From NCBI GenBank assembly GCA_964493915.1, contig CAZBQH010000254.1, positions 1 to 52,984 of the forward strand: a stretch of DNA of 52,984 nucleotides. Direction: 5' to 3'. A program made the position numbers and the translations under genes. This stretch comes from an uncultured Nitrospiraceae bacterium (GTDB lineage: Bacteria; Hydrogenedentota; Hydrogenedentia; Hydrogenedentales; SLHB01). Below the pieces are notes generated by a model. That model was not told the origin of the DNA. It saw only the letters and a list, made by a program, of their open reading frames with translations, and made no database searches. Below, in pieces: positions 8,391 to 17,343 of this stretch. Numbering within the stretch: the first letter of the stretch is position 1; each line of letters begins with the position of its first letter.

Positions 8391-10058
8391 ATGCTCGAAA
8401 CCCTGCGCATTGCAAATTACGCACTGATTGATGAGGTGGAGATCGATTTCCGCCCAGGCTTCAATGTCCTGACAGGGGAAACTGGCGCAGGCAAGTCGAT
8501 CGTTGTGGAAGCGCTCAATCTCGCCTTGGGCGCGCGCGCTGCCAGCGAGATTGTGCGCGACGGGACGGGCAAGGCCGCCGTCGACGCCGTCTTCCGGATT
8601 GCTCGACCGTCGCCGCGCTTAGGCCAGTTGCTCGCGGAATCGGATATCGCCATCGAAGACGGCGAACTAGTTGTGTCCCGCACCGTTACAGCCGAGGGGC
8701 GCAGCCGGGGCTACATCTCGGGCACCCTTGTGCCCATCGCAGTCCTGGCGCAGGTAGGCGACGAACTCGTGGACCTTCACGGCCAGCACGAGCACCAGTC
8801 CCTTCTCAAAGTGGACCGCCAACTCGAACTGCTTGACGCCTTTGGTTCGATCGAGAAGGACGCCGCCGAAGTCGCGAACGCCGTCGCTGAACTGCGCGCA
8901 TTAGATCGAGCAATAGCCGGCATGGAGACAGACGACCGTGAACAAGCGCGCCGCGCAGATTTCCTCCGTTTCGAGGTCGCTGAGATCGACGCGGCCCGTC
9001 TAGTCCCGGGAGAAGAAGAGAACCTGCGTGCCCGGCGCAACCTGATTGCCAATGCAGAACGTATCGTCAGCCTGGCCTCAAGCGCGTACAGCGCCCTATA
9101 TGAGAGCGAGGAAACGCCTGCGGTCACCTTGATGGGGATGGCTCAGTCCGCACTGGACGAACTGGCCGAAATAGACGAACGCTTTAGAGGACTGGCAGCG
9201 CAACTGACGGAAGCCCGCATAGCCCTCGACAACATTGCTGCCGAGGTCAGGGGCTCTACCGAGACTATCGAGTTCGACCCGGCCGAGCTGGATACGGTCA
9301 ACCAGCGTCTGAGCCTTTTGAGCGATCTGAAACGCAAGTATGGCCCAACCGTCGAGAGCATCCTGAACTATCGTGAAGAAGGCGCAGCCGAGGTGGAGCG
9401 CTTCGAACAACGCGATCAGCGCCTGGATGCCTTGCACAAGCAGAGAGAGGAACGACACAAAACCGCGCTGAACCTGGCCAAGGCTTTGAGCGAAAAACGC
9501 GCAACAGCCGCTGACGAATTGAATCGCCGCGTCACCAGCGCCTTGCAGGAACTGGGCATGAAAGACGGGCGTTTCGAGACAAGAACAGAGGCAGTCGAGC
9601 TTTGCACCAGAGGCCTCGAGCGGGTCGAGTTCATGCTCGCTGCCAATCCGGGGGAAAAGCTCCGGCCACTGCGTCAGGTTGCATCAGGTGGCGAAATATC
9701 CCGGATCATGCTTGCCGTCAAGACGACGCTCGCCCACGCAGACACCATTCCCACCCTGATTTTCGACGAAATCGACGCGGGCGTCGGCGGCGCCGTTGCC
9801 GGGCATGTTGCTCGAGCCCTCTGCCGTCTCTGCGAATCCCATCAGGTCATCTGCATTACCCATCTGCCGCAGATTGCAGCGGCCGCAGAAACGCACTTCA
9901 CGGTGGCCAAATGGACCAAGAAGGGACGGACCTTCACTACAGTAAACCGCGTTGCAGACGACCCGCGGGTCGAAGAAATCGCGAGACTTTTGGACGGTTC
10001 CGTCTCAGAGCTCAGCGTCGAGCACGCGCGCGACTTGCTGGCCCGGAGCATGGGTTAG
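8391..10058 (+). CDS. recN: DNA repair protein RecN
   Basis: MLETLRIANYALI start; Walker A TGETGAGKS; SGGEISR signature; LIFDEIDAGVGG; ITHLPQ. Confidence 0.97.
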   Translation: MLETLRIANYALIDEVEIDFRPGFNVLTGETGAGKSIVVEALNLALGARAASEIVRDGTGKAAVDAVFRIARPSPRLGQLLAESDIAIEDGELVVSRTVTAEGRSRGYISGTLVPIAVLAQVGDELVDLHGQHEHQSLLKVDRQLELLDAFGSIEKDAAEVANAVAELRALDRAIAGMETDDREQARRADFLRFEVAEIDAARLVPGEEENLRARRNLIANAERIVSLASSAYSALYESEETPAVTLMGMAQSALDELAEIDERFRGLAAQLTEARIALDNIAAEVRGSTETIEFDPAELDTVNQRLSLLSDLKRKYGPTVESILNYREEGAAEVERFEQRDQRLDALHKQREERHKTALNLAKALSEKRATAADELNRRVTSALQELGMKDGRFETRTEAVELCTRGLERVEFMLAANPGEKLRPLRQVASGGEISRIMLAVKTTLAHADTIPTLIFDEIDAGVGGAVAGHVARALCRLCESHQVICITHLPQIAAAAETHFTVAKWTKKGRTFTTVNRVADDPRVEEIARLLDGSVSELSVEHARDLLARSMG

Positions 10059-10147
10059 CATCGCGGCACAACCCCTTTTTTTCCACCGACCTGCCTGCGT
10101 CCGGCCACGCCGTCAGGTGAAGGGCCTATCCGGAAAACGCTGGCGCG

Positions 10148-10537
10148 TCACATTTCCAAATAGCCTGTGACGCCTCCCGAACCATCATCCATCAGGTACC
10201 AATCGATATGCGCCTCTTCCTCGAATGCGACCTCCCACTCGACAACCGACGGTGCAGCGCCTGTTGCGCTGAACACAGCCATAAGATCGTAATCATGCGG
10301 GTCAATCCCCTCGATCATGCGCGACTCGCCTGATTCTACGGTGTTGCCGCCAAGCCGCTCCCCTGTCCACTCCGTATCTTCCACGGGGGACACGAAAAGC
10401 TGAACCAGCGGGAGCGACGTGTCGTTGTGGACAGTGAGCGTAGCGCAGCCGTTGGGTATGCAGGACTGCTGACCCAACATCGGGACAGCCACCGCTACGA
10501 GAATCATGACGGGCAGAAAACGAAACACGTGTCTCAT
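10148..10537 (-). CDS. Small putative lipoprotein, beta-rich (paralog A)
   Basis: Signal MRHVFRFLPVMILVAVAVPMLGQQSC; LTVHNDT..LFVSP..W..ERLG; RBS GGAGGAG. Confidence 0.8.
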   Translation of the reverse strand: MRHVFRFLPVMILVAVAVPMLGQQSCIPNGCATLTVHNDTSLPLVQLFVSPVEDTEWTGERLGGNTVESGESRMIEGIDPHDYDLMAVFSATGAAPSVVEWEVAFEEEAHIDWYLMDDGSGGVTGYLEM

Positions 10538-10598
10538 TTAGTCTCCTCCTTTTGGCAAGGGGCCCACGTAAAGCCTCTGGGAACACACTCCAACTGGA

Positions 10599-10627
10599 AG
10601 TATGGCAAAAGCCGGCAGATGCGTCAA
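10599..10627 (-). promoter_or_regulatory. Putative sigma-70 promoter of paralog A
   Basis: TTGACG-N17-CATACT with extended -10 TG. Confidence 0.6.
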
Positions 10628-10658
10628 GTACAAAAACCGTGAAAAACAACAGGCGCAT

Positions 10659-10699
10659 AAGAAAAACGCCCTCTCCACTACCAACGTGAACAGGGCGTT
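10659..10699 (-). terminator. Intrinsic terminator after paralog B
   Basis: AACGCCCT...AGGGCGTT 8-bp stem followed by TTTCTT on minus strand. Confidence 0.65.
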
Positions 10700-10722
10700 A
10701 CAAACTACGACACCCCGGACTT

Positions 10723-11115
10723 CTAATGGATGATTGCGCCGCTGATTTCAGTTCCTTCACCCGACAGGATCCACTGGACATCTTCTCCTGCCCCAATGGA
10801 CACCGCCCACTCATAGACCTCGATCGTACCGCCTTCGTTGCGCTCGAAAACGGCCCGCAAGTCATACACGCCGTCGAGCAGAGAGGTCACCGTACGGGAC
10901 GCGTTCGGAACAACCGTTTCTCCAACGAGCTGTTCATTCGTCCAGTAGGGGTCTGTGATAGGTGAAACGGACAAGCCGACCATTGTTAACGATGTGTTAT
11001 TGAACACGGTCAGATTGCCTTCAGTCTCTGGACAACAGCTCTGCTGTCCCATCATTGGCAATGCCACAACGACCAAAAGGATTACCGGGAGCGTCCGCAA
11101 CAGTTTCTTTTTCAA
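10723..11115 (-). CDS. Small putative lipoprotein, beta-rich (paralog B)
   Basis: TTG start with RBS GAGGAG; MKKKLLRTLPVILLVVVALPMMGQQSCC; LTVFNNT..LSVSP..W..EQLVG; colinear with paralog A. Confidence 0.8.
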   Translation of the reverse strand: MKKKLLRTLPVILLVVVALPMMGQQSCCPETEGNLTVFNNTSLTMVGLSVSPITDPYWTNEQLVGETVVPNASRTVTSLLDGVYDLRAVFERNEGGTIEVYEWAVSIGAGEDVQWILSGEGTEISGAIIH

Positions 11116-11175
11116 CGCTTGATCTCCTCACTGTCAATACATACACCAGCTACCCCAACAGTTGACTTAACCGCC

Positions 11176-11204
11176 AATATATCACTGCGCGATCACCGCG
11201 TCAA
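11176..11204 (-). promoter_or_regulatory. Putative sigma-70 promoter of paralog B
   Basis: TTGACG-N17-TATATT with extended -10 TG. Confidence 0.65.
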
Positions 11205-11248
11205 GGCAGATGGGGCGACGGCTTGCCCCTTAGCAGAAAGCAACGGTC

Positions 11249-11278
11249 TTGGCGCCCCGAGTCGGCTGCACGTATAAT
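11249..11278 (+). promoter_or_regulatory. Putative promoter of sugar isomerase-like gene
   Basis: TTGGCG-N18-TATAAT. Confidence 0.5.
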
Positions 11279-11314
11279 CTCATCTTGAAGGAATCAACAA
11301 AGGGAGCTGCAACC

Positions 11315-12118
11315 ATGCAATTTGGGTTTTCTACGCTGGGGGATCTCGCTTGGCCTCTTGACCGCTTTGCCGACGCACTCAAGCTGTCGCACTACGATCT
11401 GATCGAGATCCGGGGCGTCAACGACGCGCACATCGGTCCCGATGCCGGCGCCGAGGAGCGTCAAACAGTCCGCCGTCTGTTTGAATCGGCCCGTATCGGC
11501 ATCCTGAGCGTCACGGGTTATACGAGCTTCACAGACCGGACGCGCCATAGCGAGGAGACTGCAAAACTTAGGGCTTGGCTCGAGCTTGCTTCAGACCTTG
11601 GCGCGCAGTATGTCCGGGTCTTTGGGGGCAGGCTACTCACGGGTCAGCCGCCGGAAGACGGGGTTGCTGCGCTGGTCGAAGGGCTTAGACAGGTAACGGC
11701 CGACGCGGAACGGCTCAACGTGCAGATTGCTCTCGAGACGCATGACGGTTTTTCCTCAGCAGTCTTGGCAAGCCAAGTGGCCTCCACACTCGCATCGCCT
11801 CACGTGAAGGTCCTCTGGGACGTGCATCACCCGCTACGGACAGGCGAATCGTGGCAGCAAGCTTACGAACACCTGCACAATCACCTTGCGTATTTGCACA
11901 TCAAAGACGCTTTCCCGATGCCTGACGGGAGCGAGCAGCTTTGTCTGCTCGGAGCGGGCGTTTTGCCGGTGGCGGACGTACTGAGGAAACTGGCGAAAGA
12001 AGGCCCCGACGTACCGGTAGTTGTTGAATGGGAAAAGGCTTGGCATCCCGAGCTGCCCGATTGTCGCGTCGCCATACCCCAGCACATCCTTAAAATGCGT
12101 TCGTACATCGAGTCGTGA
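11315..12118 (+). CDS. Sugar phosphate isomerase/epimerase (xylose isomerase-like TIM barrel)
   Basis: GFSTLG, IEIR, YVRVFGG, ALETHD, LWDVHHP, YLHIKD, VVEWEK; RBS AGGGAG before ATG 11315. Confidence 0.88.
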   Translation: MQFGFSTLGDLAWPLDRFADALKLSHYDLIEIRGVNDAHIGPDAGAEERQTVRRLFESARIGILSVTGYTSFTDRTRHSEETAKLRAWLELASDLGAQYVRVFGGRLLTGQPPEDGVAALVEGLRQVTADAERLNVQIALETHDGFSSAVLASQVASTLASPHVKVLWDVHHPLRTGESWQQAYEHLHNHLAYLHIKDAFPMPDGSEQLCLLGAGVLPVADVLRKLAKEGPDVPVVVEWEKAWHPELPDCRVAIPQHILKMRSYIES

Positions 12119-12203
12119 AAGCCGAATCGGGGTATGCGGACAGCGAAGCCGCACCACTGAACGAGTACTTTTAAGCCAGTTCCGGGCAGCCCGTCCGCTG
12201 AGG

Positions 12204-12668
12204 TCAGGAACGACGTTTCAAATCCTGGTCCGCTTCGACTCCATAGGCTTGCCTTTCAAAAAAGTTGTCTCTATACGCGCGTCGCCCGCGGGCAATCTGC
12301 CAAACACTGGATAAGACATAGGCTGGCAAGAAGAATATGCCCCACCGTTCATATTGCTGGACATGGACATGCTCGTGTTGGCGGGCGGCCGAGACTTCTG
12401 CCTGGCTGACGCCAAGAATGACATGGCCAAGGGTCATAGCGTCGAAGCGCAACGAGGCGGGAAGAGCCGTAATGAGCCGGCCCATGAGACCGCCCGAAAA
12501 CTCTGCCGCGCCCCTGAGAAACTGCAGTTGACCGCCAAAACAAAGCATCGTAAGACCCATCGCCATCCCAAGAGCAGTGTTCGGCGCGGCCCAGAGATAT
12601 GCCAGCAAGCGGCAACCAGCAAAACGGGCGTACGTTGGCGGCTTCCGGCGTCTCATGGACACACTCAC
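12204..12668 (-). CDS. Small membrane-associated protein with HExxH motif
   Basis: YLWAAPNTALG, AMTLGHVILG, HEHVHVQQYERWG.FFLPAY, DNFFERQA; start may be ATG 12656. Confidence 0.7.
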   Translation of the reverse strand: MSVSMRRRKPPTYARFAGCRLLAYLWAAPNTALGMAMGLTMLCFGGQLQFLRGAAEFSGGLMGRLITALPASLRFDAMTLGHVILGVSQAEVSAARQHEHVHVQQYERWGIFFLPAYVLSSVWQIARGRRAYRDNFFERQAYGVEADQDLKRRS

Positions 12669-12673
12669 GTTTT

Positions 12674-14152
12674 CTATTTGCGGGCATTCTCGAGAAAAGC
12701 GAAGGGGAAGGTTACGAGCTGACGCATCCCCGCCACCGTAGACACTTGCCTGACCCAGCGTCTCATCTCTGCGAAAATGGCCTGCCGCAACACTTCGTCG
12801 GTTACTTCCCCCTCTTCCCGAACAGCAAGCAAGCGGTGGAGGCTGTAGAGCCCGAAAACAAACCCAATCAGGAAGACAAAGTCCAGGCCCTTCAGATCAA
12901 GCGTACGCAGATTGAGGACGGGGCTGGCCCGAAGCGTATTAACAAAAGACAAAGTCATGCGCAACTCATAGGACTCGAAACTGTCTGCAGCCAGACCGGC
13001 CACAATAGGCGACACCGTTGCGGCAATGCCTGAAATGAGCGCGTTCATGGCGAGATAAGCTGCCGCTTTGCCATAGGGCGCCGACTTCAGAGCGAGGTTT
13101 CCAGCGCACAGGGCCACCCCTGCCGTCGAAATGCCCGACAGGACATGGATGGCAACGAGGAGCGGCACGGTGAGCATGTAGCGTTCCGGCATCGTGGTGA
13201 AGGGCCACATCAGGAAACTGAAAAAGAACAGCGGCACGCAGAACATCAGCACGGACTTATTGGAGAAGCGGTCGGCCAGGCGCCCCCACAAACCGAAGAA
13301 TAAGACGTTGAAAAGCTGACTGAGAACGGATAGGCCCAACACCCAGGCCATGCTCATCCCGAGCCGGCGAATCAAATAGACTGCGAAAAAGGGGCCTGCG
13401 AAGTTCACGGCAAAACTCCACACCCCCAGAAAAACCAGCAGGTGCCGGTAATTGGCATCCCGGAGAGGCTTTATCAGCACTTCGCGAAGGGACGTATCCC
13501 TTTCGTCGGGCATACGCGGTTCGGGAATGCGCCCAATGAAGAATATCGATATAAGACCCGCCGCGCTCGCGATGACGAAAAGAAAGCCGTAGGCCTCCAT
13601 CGCTTCCCCCGCCCTCTTCTCGTATACGTCCACACCAATGCCGCCTAACAAACTGATGACCGCGCCGAACAACGTCGCCAAAGCTAGTCGTTTGGCAAAA
13701 AAACTGCTCATACGGTGTTCGGGGATTAAGTCGCGGATCCAGGAGTTGAAGGCGCATCCACCCACGGCGCCAAAGCCGAAATATGAAAAGAGCAGGAGCA
13801 GGAAAACCGCGAGCCGGTGGTCGGACGGCACAAGCCAAGGCAGCAGCGCCACGAAGATAAGCGAAACCCGGCTGACCGTTGTGGAAACTAACATCAATAC
13901 CTTGCGCAACCGGATGTGCTCGACGAGGTAGATCGCGGGGATCTGGAGGATCTGCGACACGGGACCCACAGCCGCGAGAAGACCGATCGCCTTGTTTGAG
14001 GCGCCCATCAAGAGGGCGTAAGCGATGAGAAACGCCCCTGTGCTGAGAATCGTCATGACCTGCGCCGATGCTCCGTCGTAAAGAAGCATCCTGAGGCCTT
14101 TGTCGATATCGGTCTCGCCCAGGACTTCTTTGGGCTTAAGCCACTGGAACAT
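12674..14152 (-). CDS. MFS transporter
   Basis: About 12 hydrophobic segments; WGRLADRFSNK loop motif; start moved to MFQWLKP (AAGGAAG upstream). Confidence 0.88.
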   Translation of the reverse strand: MFQWLKPKEVLGETDIDKGLRMLLYDGASAQVMTILSTGAFLIAYALLMGASNKAIGLLAAVGPVSQILQIPAIYLVEHIRLRKVLMLVSTTVSRVSLIFVALLPWLVPSDHRLAVFLLLLFSYFGFGAVGGCAFNSWIRDLIPEHRMSSFFAKRLALATLFGAVISLLGGIGVDVYEKRAGEAMEAYGFLFVIASAAGLISIFFIGRIPEPRMPDERDTSLREVLIKPLRDANYRHLLVFLGVWSFAVNFAGPFFAVYLIRRLGMSMAWVLGLSVLSQLFNVLFFGLWGRLADRFSNKSVLMFCVPLFFFSFLMWPFTTMPERYMLTVPLLVAIHVLSGISTAGVALCAGNLALKSAPYGKAAAYLAMNALISGIAATVSPIVAGLAADSFESYELRMTLSFVNTLRASPVLNLRTLDLKGLDFVFLIGFVFGLYSLHRLLAVREEGEVTDEVLRQAIFAEMRRWVRQVSTVAGMRQLVTFPFAFLENARK

Positions 14153-14257
14153 AGAAAAAGAGCTTCCTTGAATTCGGAGAGAAATCCCCACGACGACGCT
14201 CTTGGCCTCCAAAAGGCCCGAGCATCCCGCCTCTCCTTCCGTATCGACTGGCCCTAT

Positions 14258-14287
14258 AGCATAAACATGCGATGCCCGACGGGGCAA
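14258..14287 (-). promoter_or_regulatory. Putative promoter of MFS gene
   Basis: TTGCCC-N18-TATGCT. Confidence 0.4.
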
Positions 14288-14444
14288 GCCATCCGTTGGC
14301 ATACGCGAACCCAGAGCAGAAACGGCCCAGCTTGGCCCGATCAGGGAATGTCCGCTTCGTCCAGAAGGCAAAGGAAATCCCACTCGTGCCGACTCTTTTC
14401 ACTGGACTTATAACACTTGTTTGCACGCTAGGCGCGGTTTCGCC

Positions 14445-14472
14445 TAAAGTTATACCTCGTTGGCGCCGATAA
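14445..14472 (+). promoter_or_regulatory. Sigma-28 (FliA/SigD) promoter
   Basis: TAAA(GTTA)-N16-GCCGATAA, matching the consensus TAAA-N14-16-GCCGATAA, 58 nt before flgM. Confidence 0.85.
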
Positions 14473-14530
14473 ACGAGATGGATGAGTGGGCTGTAAGTAG
14501 GGATCCCAAAAACCTTGAGGAGATAACTGG

Positions 14531-14827
14531 ATGGAAGGCGTTAGAGGAATTGGGGGCGTGCCAGAACCCAATCCTGAACGCCCGTCAGGTGCGCGTGACC
14601 CTCAACGCAGCGAAAGTCAGAGCGATCAGGTCAAGGATGGGGTGCGCATCAGCTCCGAGGCGCAGGAAGTCTCGAATGTCGCCCGTCTTCTACAGGCCGC
14701 AGAGGGCGATGAGGATGTCCGCATTGAAAAGGTCGAGGAGGCCAGGCGGCACATCGCAGAAAAAACGTATAAACTGCCGGAAATGGTAGCGGAAATAGCG
14801 CGGAAACTAAGCAAATTGCTGCCCTGA
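14531..14827 (+). CDS. flgM: Anti-sigma-28 factor FlgM
   Basis: 98 aa; DGVRISSEAQ...DVRIEKVEEARRHIAEKTY...EIARKL, the FlgM C-terminal pattern; RBS GAGGAG; sigma-28 promoter upstream. Confidence 0.85.
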   Translation: MEGVRGIGGVPEPNPERPSGARDPQRSESQSDQVKDGVRISSEAQEVSNVARLLQAAEGDEDVRIEKVEEARRHIAEKTYKLPEMVAEIARKLSKLLP

Positions 14828-14838
14828 CGAGAGCTGAT

Positions 14839-15240
14839 GTGTCTGGAAAGGCGAGGAAACAGAGCGCGGCTGGTGTCGCGCTCTTGGTATTTCTGGCAAG
14901 TGAGGGCTGCCGGTTTTTGCCTTGGTCCGCGCCGGATTATGTCGAGGAGGGGATTGCCTGTTGGTATGGTGACCCGTACGATGGCCGGCGCACCGCTTCC
15001 GGCGAGCGATTTCAGAAGGACGAGCTGACTGCAGCCCATCGCGTGCTGCCTTTCGGGACGATTGTGGCCGTGCAAAACCTGCGCAACGGGAGAGCAGTCA
15101 AGGTCCGTATCAACGACCGCGGCCCTTTCGTTGGAGGCCGGATTATCGATTTGTCCGAGAAGGCGGCACGCAAACTGGACATGATCGACGAAGGCCTTGT
15201 CCCATGCCGGATTGAGGTCGTTAAGTGGGGAAAGCAATAG
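14839..15240 (+). CDS. rlpA: RlpA-type (DPBB) lytic transglycosylase lipoprotein
   Basis: Lipoprotein-like signal ending EGC; WYG, TASGERF, TAAHRVLPFG, VRINDRGPF, RIIDLS. Confidence 0.92.
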   Translation: MSGKARKQSAAGVALLVFLASEGCRFLPWSAPDYVEEGIACWYGDPYDGRRTASGERFQKDELTAAHRVLPFGTIVAVQNLRNGRAVKVRINDRGPFVGGRIIDLSEKAARKLDMIDEGLVPCRIEVVKWGKQ

Positions 15241-15253
15241 GGCGGAACTGTCG

Positions 15254-16603
15254 ATGCCGACACTTTCCGTGGTGATGATCGTCAAAAACGAGGCGCACTG
15301 CCTCGGAAACTGTCTTACAAGCATAAAGGAGATCGCCGACGAGCTTGTTGTTGGCGATACCGGCTCGACCGACGGCACGCAAGACTTGGCCCGCTGCTTC
15401 GGCGCCCGCGTCCTCCCCATCCCATGGCAAGATGATTTCAGCTTGGCCCGCAACGCCGTACTGTCGCAAGCAGGCGGTGACTGGCTCTTGCACATGGATG
15501 CCGACGAGGTGCTGGATACGGGCAGTGCGGCCCGGGTTCGCGCCATTGTGGACGTCGACGGCCTCGGCGCAGACGGCGTCCGGGCCGATGCCGTCGAGGT
15601 GGGCTTAGCTAACTATTGTAACGATCCGCGGGCATGGCGATGGGCGCCCGCAGCGCCCGGCGATCCCATGGCTAAGGGTTGGGCAGGCTACATTCGCACG
15701 GATCTCCTGCGTCTCTTCCGCAACGGACGCGGATTTGCGTATCGCGGCGCAGTTCACGAGAACATCACGCAGAGCGTCCAGGAACGCCACGGCATCGTCA
15801 GACAAGCCAGTTTAATGATTCACCATTACGGGTACGAGCGCAACAGCCCCCGCGGCGCAGCCAAGGCGGATCTCTACCTAGCAATCGGCCAGGCAGAAAC
15901 AGCGGACAACCCCGAGGATCCGAGAGCATGGCATGAGCTCGCGGAACAGCTCGTTGCGGCGGGCCGGACCGCGGAGGCCGAAGCGGCTTGCCGCAGAGCG
16001 CTTTGCGTAGCGCCGCTCCACTTGGGCGCGGCAACAACGCTCGCCAATATTTTGCTGAACCGGGGCGATCTGGATCAGGCTGCCGATATTCTCGCCGCAC
16101 TCGAGGCCGGGGGCGTCCGCGCGCCCCACGTGCAGGTGGCTCTTGGGGCCATTGCCCTGCGAAAAGGGCAACCGTCAGAGGCGCGGCGCCGGCTCGAAAG
16201 CGTTGTGACGGGGAATTCCCCGCAGATCATGGCCCATCTCGAACTCGCGCGCGTCTACGACCAACTTGGCGAAACAGACCAGGCAAGAAGGCAATTAGGT
16301 GAGGCGCTGGCGGCCGCTCCGTCCCTCGACGAAATCAGGCAACGGATCGAAGCCCACCGTCTCCGCGACGAGGGCGAACGTTGTTTTCATGAAGGCGACG
16401 CGCACAAAGCGCTCGCTTGCTTTGCCAAGGCGCTGGCATTGGATCCAGAGGATGCAGTAATCCATAACGACCTCGGGGCGGCTCTCTACGCAATTAACGA
16501 GCAGGAACGGGCATCGCGCTGTTTCGAGCAGGCCTTGAGGTTGGCGCCGGCTATGGCGCAAGCAGCGGCGAACCTGACGCAGTTAAGGGCCCGCAACCGC
16601 TAA
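15254..16603 (+). CDS. GT2 glycosyltransferase with C-terminal TPR repeats
   Basis: LSVVMIVKNE, VVGDTGSTDGT, WQDDFSLARN, MDADE, RLFRN, VHE, IHHYGY; several TPR-like helical repeats. Confidence 0.92.
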   Translation: MPTLSVVMIVKNEAHCLGNCLTSIKEIADELVVGDTGSTDGTQDLARCFGARVLPIPWQDDFSLARNAVLSQAGGDWLLHMDADEVLDTGSAARVRAIVDVDGLGADGVRADAVEVGLANYCNDPRAWRWAPAAPGDPMAKGWAGYIRTDLLRLFRNGRGFAYRGAVHENITQSVQERHGIVRQASLMIHHYGYERNSPRGAAKADLYLAIGQAETADNPEDPRAWHELAEQLVAAGRTAEAEAACRRALCVAPLHLGAATTLANILLNRGDLDQAADILAALEAGGVRAPHVQVALGAIALRKGQPSEARRRLESVVTGNSPQIMAHLELARVYDQLGETDQARRQLGEALAAAPSLDEIRQRIEAHRLRDEGERCFHEGDAHKALACFAKALALDPEDAVIHNDLGAALYAINEQERASRCFEQALRLAPAMAQAAANLTQLRARNR

Positions 16604-16612
16604 TCATCCCAT

Positions 16613-17257
16613 TCACTTCGTTGCGGGTCCGCTCTTCTGTGGGCGTTTTCCCATAGACATTTGGGTAAACGCACCCGCAAGCGTCATAAGCGCCCAGAAA
16701 GCGAACAGAAACCACTGCTCCGTGTTAACTTGGGTTTCTGACGCAAAAACCTCGAGTGATTCCGAACCCATTACCATGTAGGCCATGGTCCCGACGCTCA
16801 GCCAAGCGCCGATTGCAGCCGTAGCGAGAATAAGGATGGGCCGCTCGACAAGCAAAGCGATTACTCCGCCGACAGCGCCGACACCCAAGACGACGAGCGG
16901 ACTTGCGTTCATAAAGTCCTCGAGAGGCAGGCGATAAGCGATCAGGGCGAATCCGAGGAAACCGAGGAGAAACACGCCCGCATAGAAAACAAAAAACAAT
17001 GCGAACGCACCCGCGACGCCGCCCACGATAAGACCGACCACCATGTAGAGTTGGTTGGCGTTCGACGCCCACCCGGCGAGGACGGCAGCAACCGCTCCCG
17101 CCAAGACAAAACCGGTCACGACGATAAGAAGCTTGATAACGCGGTAGCCAAAAAAACAATAGACAAGCCCGGTTACCAGAGCTAAGGCCAGCGCTGCCGC
17201 CGCCTGGGACACTGGCGCCGTCCTCAGTTGCCCGAGAACTTCCCGAAGCGAATCCAA
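16613..17257 (-). CDS. DUF4203 (TM7S3/TM198-like) membrane protein
   Basis: GLVYCFFGYR motif, 6-7 Gly-rich TM segments. Confidence 0.75.
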   Translation of the reverse strand: MDSLREVLGQLRTAPVSQAAAALALALVTGLVYCFFGYRVIKLLIVVTGFVLAGAVAAVLAGWASNANQLYMVVGLIVGGVAGAFALFFVFYAGVFLLGFLGFALIAYRLPLEDFMNASPLVVLGVGAVGGVIALLVERPILILATAAIGAWLSVGTMAYMVMGSESLEVFASETQVNTEQWFLFAFWALMTLAGAFTQMSMGKRPQKSGPATK

Positions 17258-17343
17258 AACAGGTTCCCCGCTCGTCCTACATCTCCTAACCGCGTGCGCC
17301 TTTTTTCAGCGCAGAACTGCACAAACTGGTGCAAAACACAGGG

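Noticed and set aside
8356-8427. 23-codon Cys-rich ORF overlapping the tlyA stop (ATGA), where nadK often lies
   Set aside because: It overlaps the recN start out of frame with no usable RBS spacing; more likely chance or a deletion scar than a gene
1396-9458. Long antisense or alternate-frame ORFs (e.g. 1396-2013, 2916-3977, 4331-5176, 7586-8410)
   Set aside because: They fully overlap well-supported housekeeping genes; expected in GC-rich DNA; no recognisable motifs
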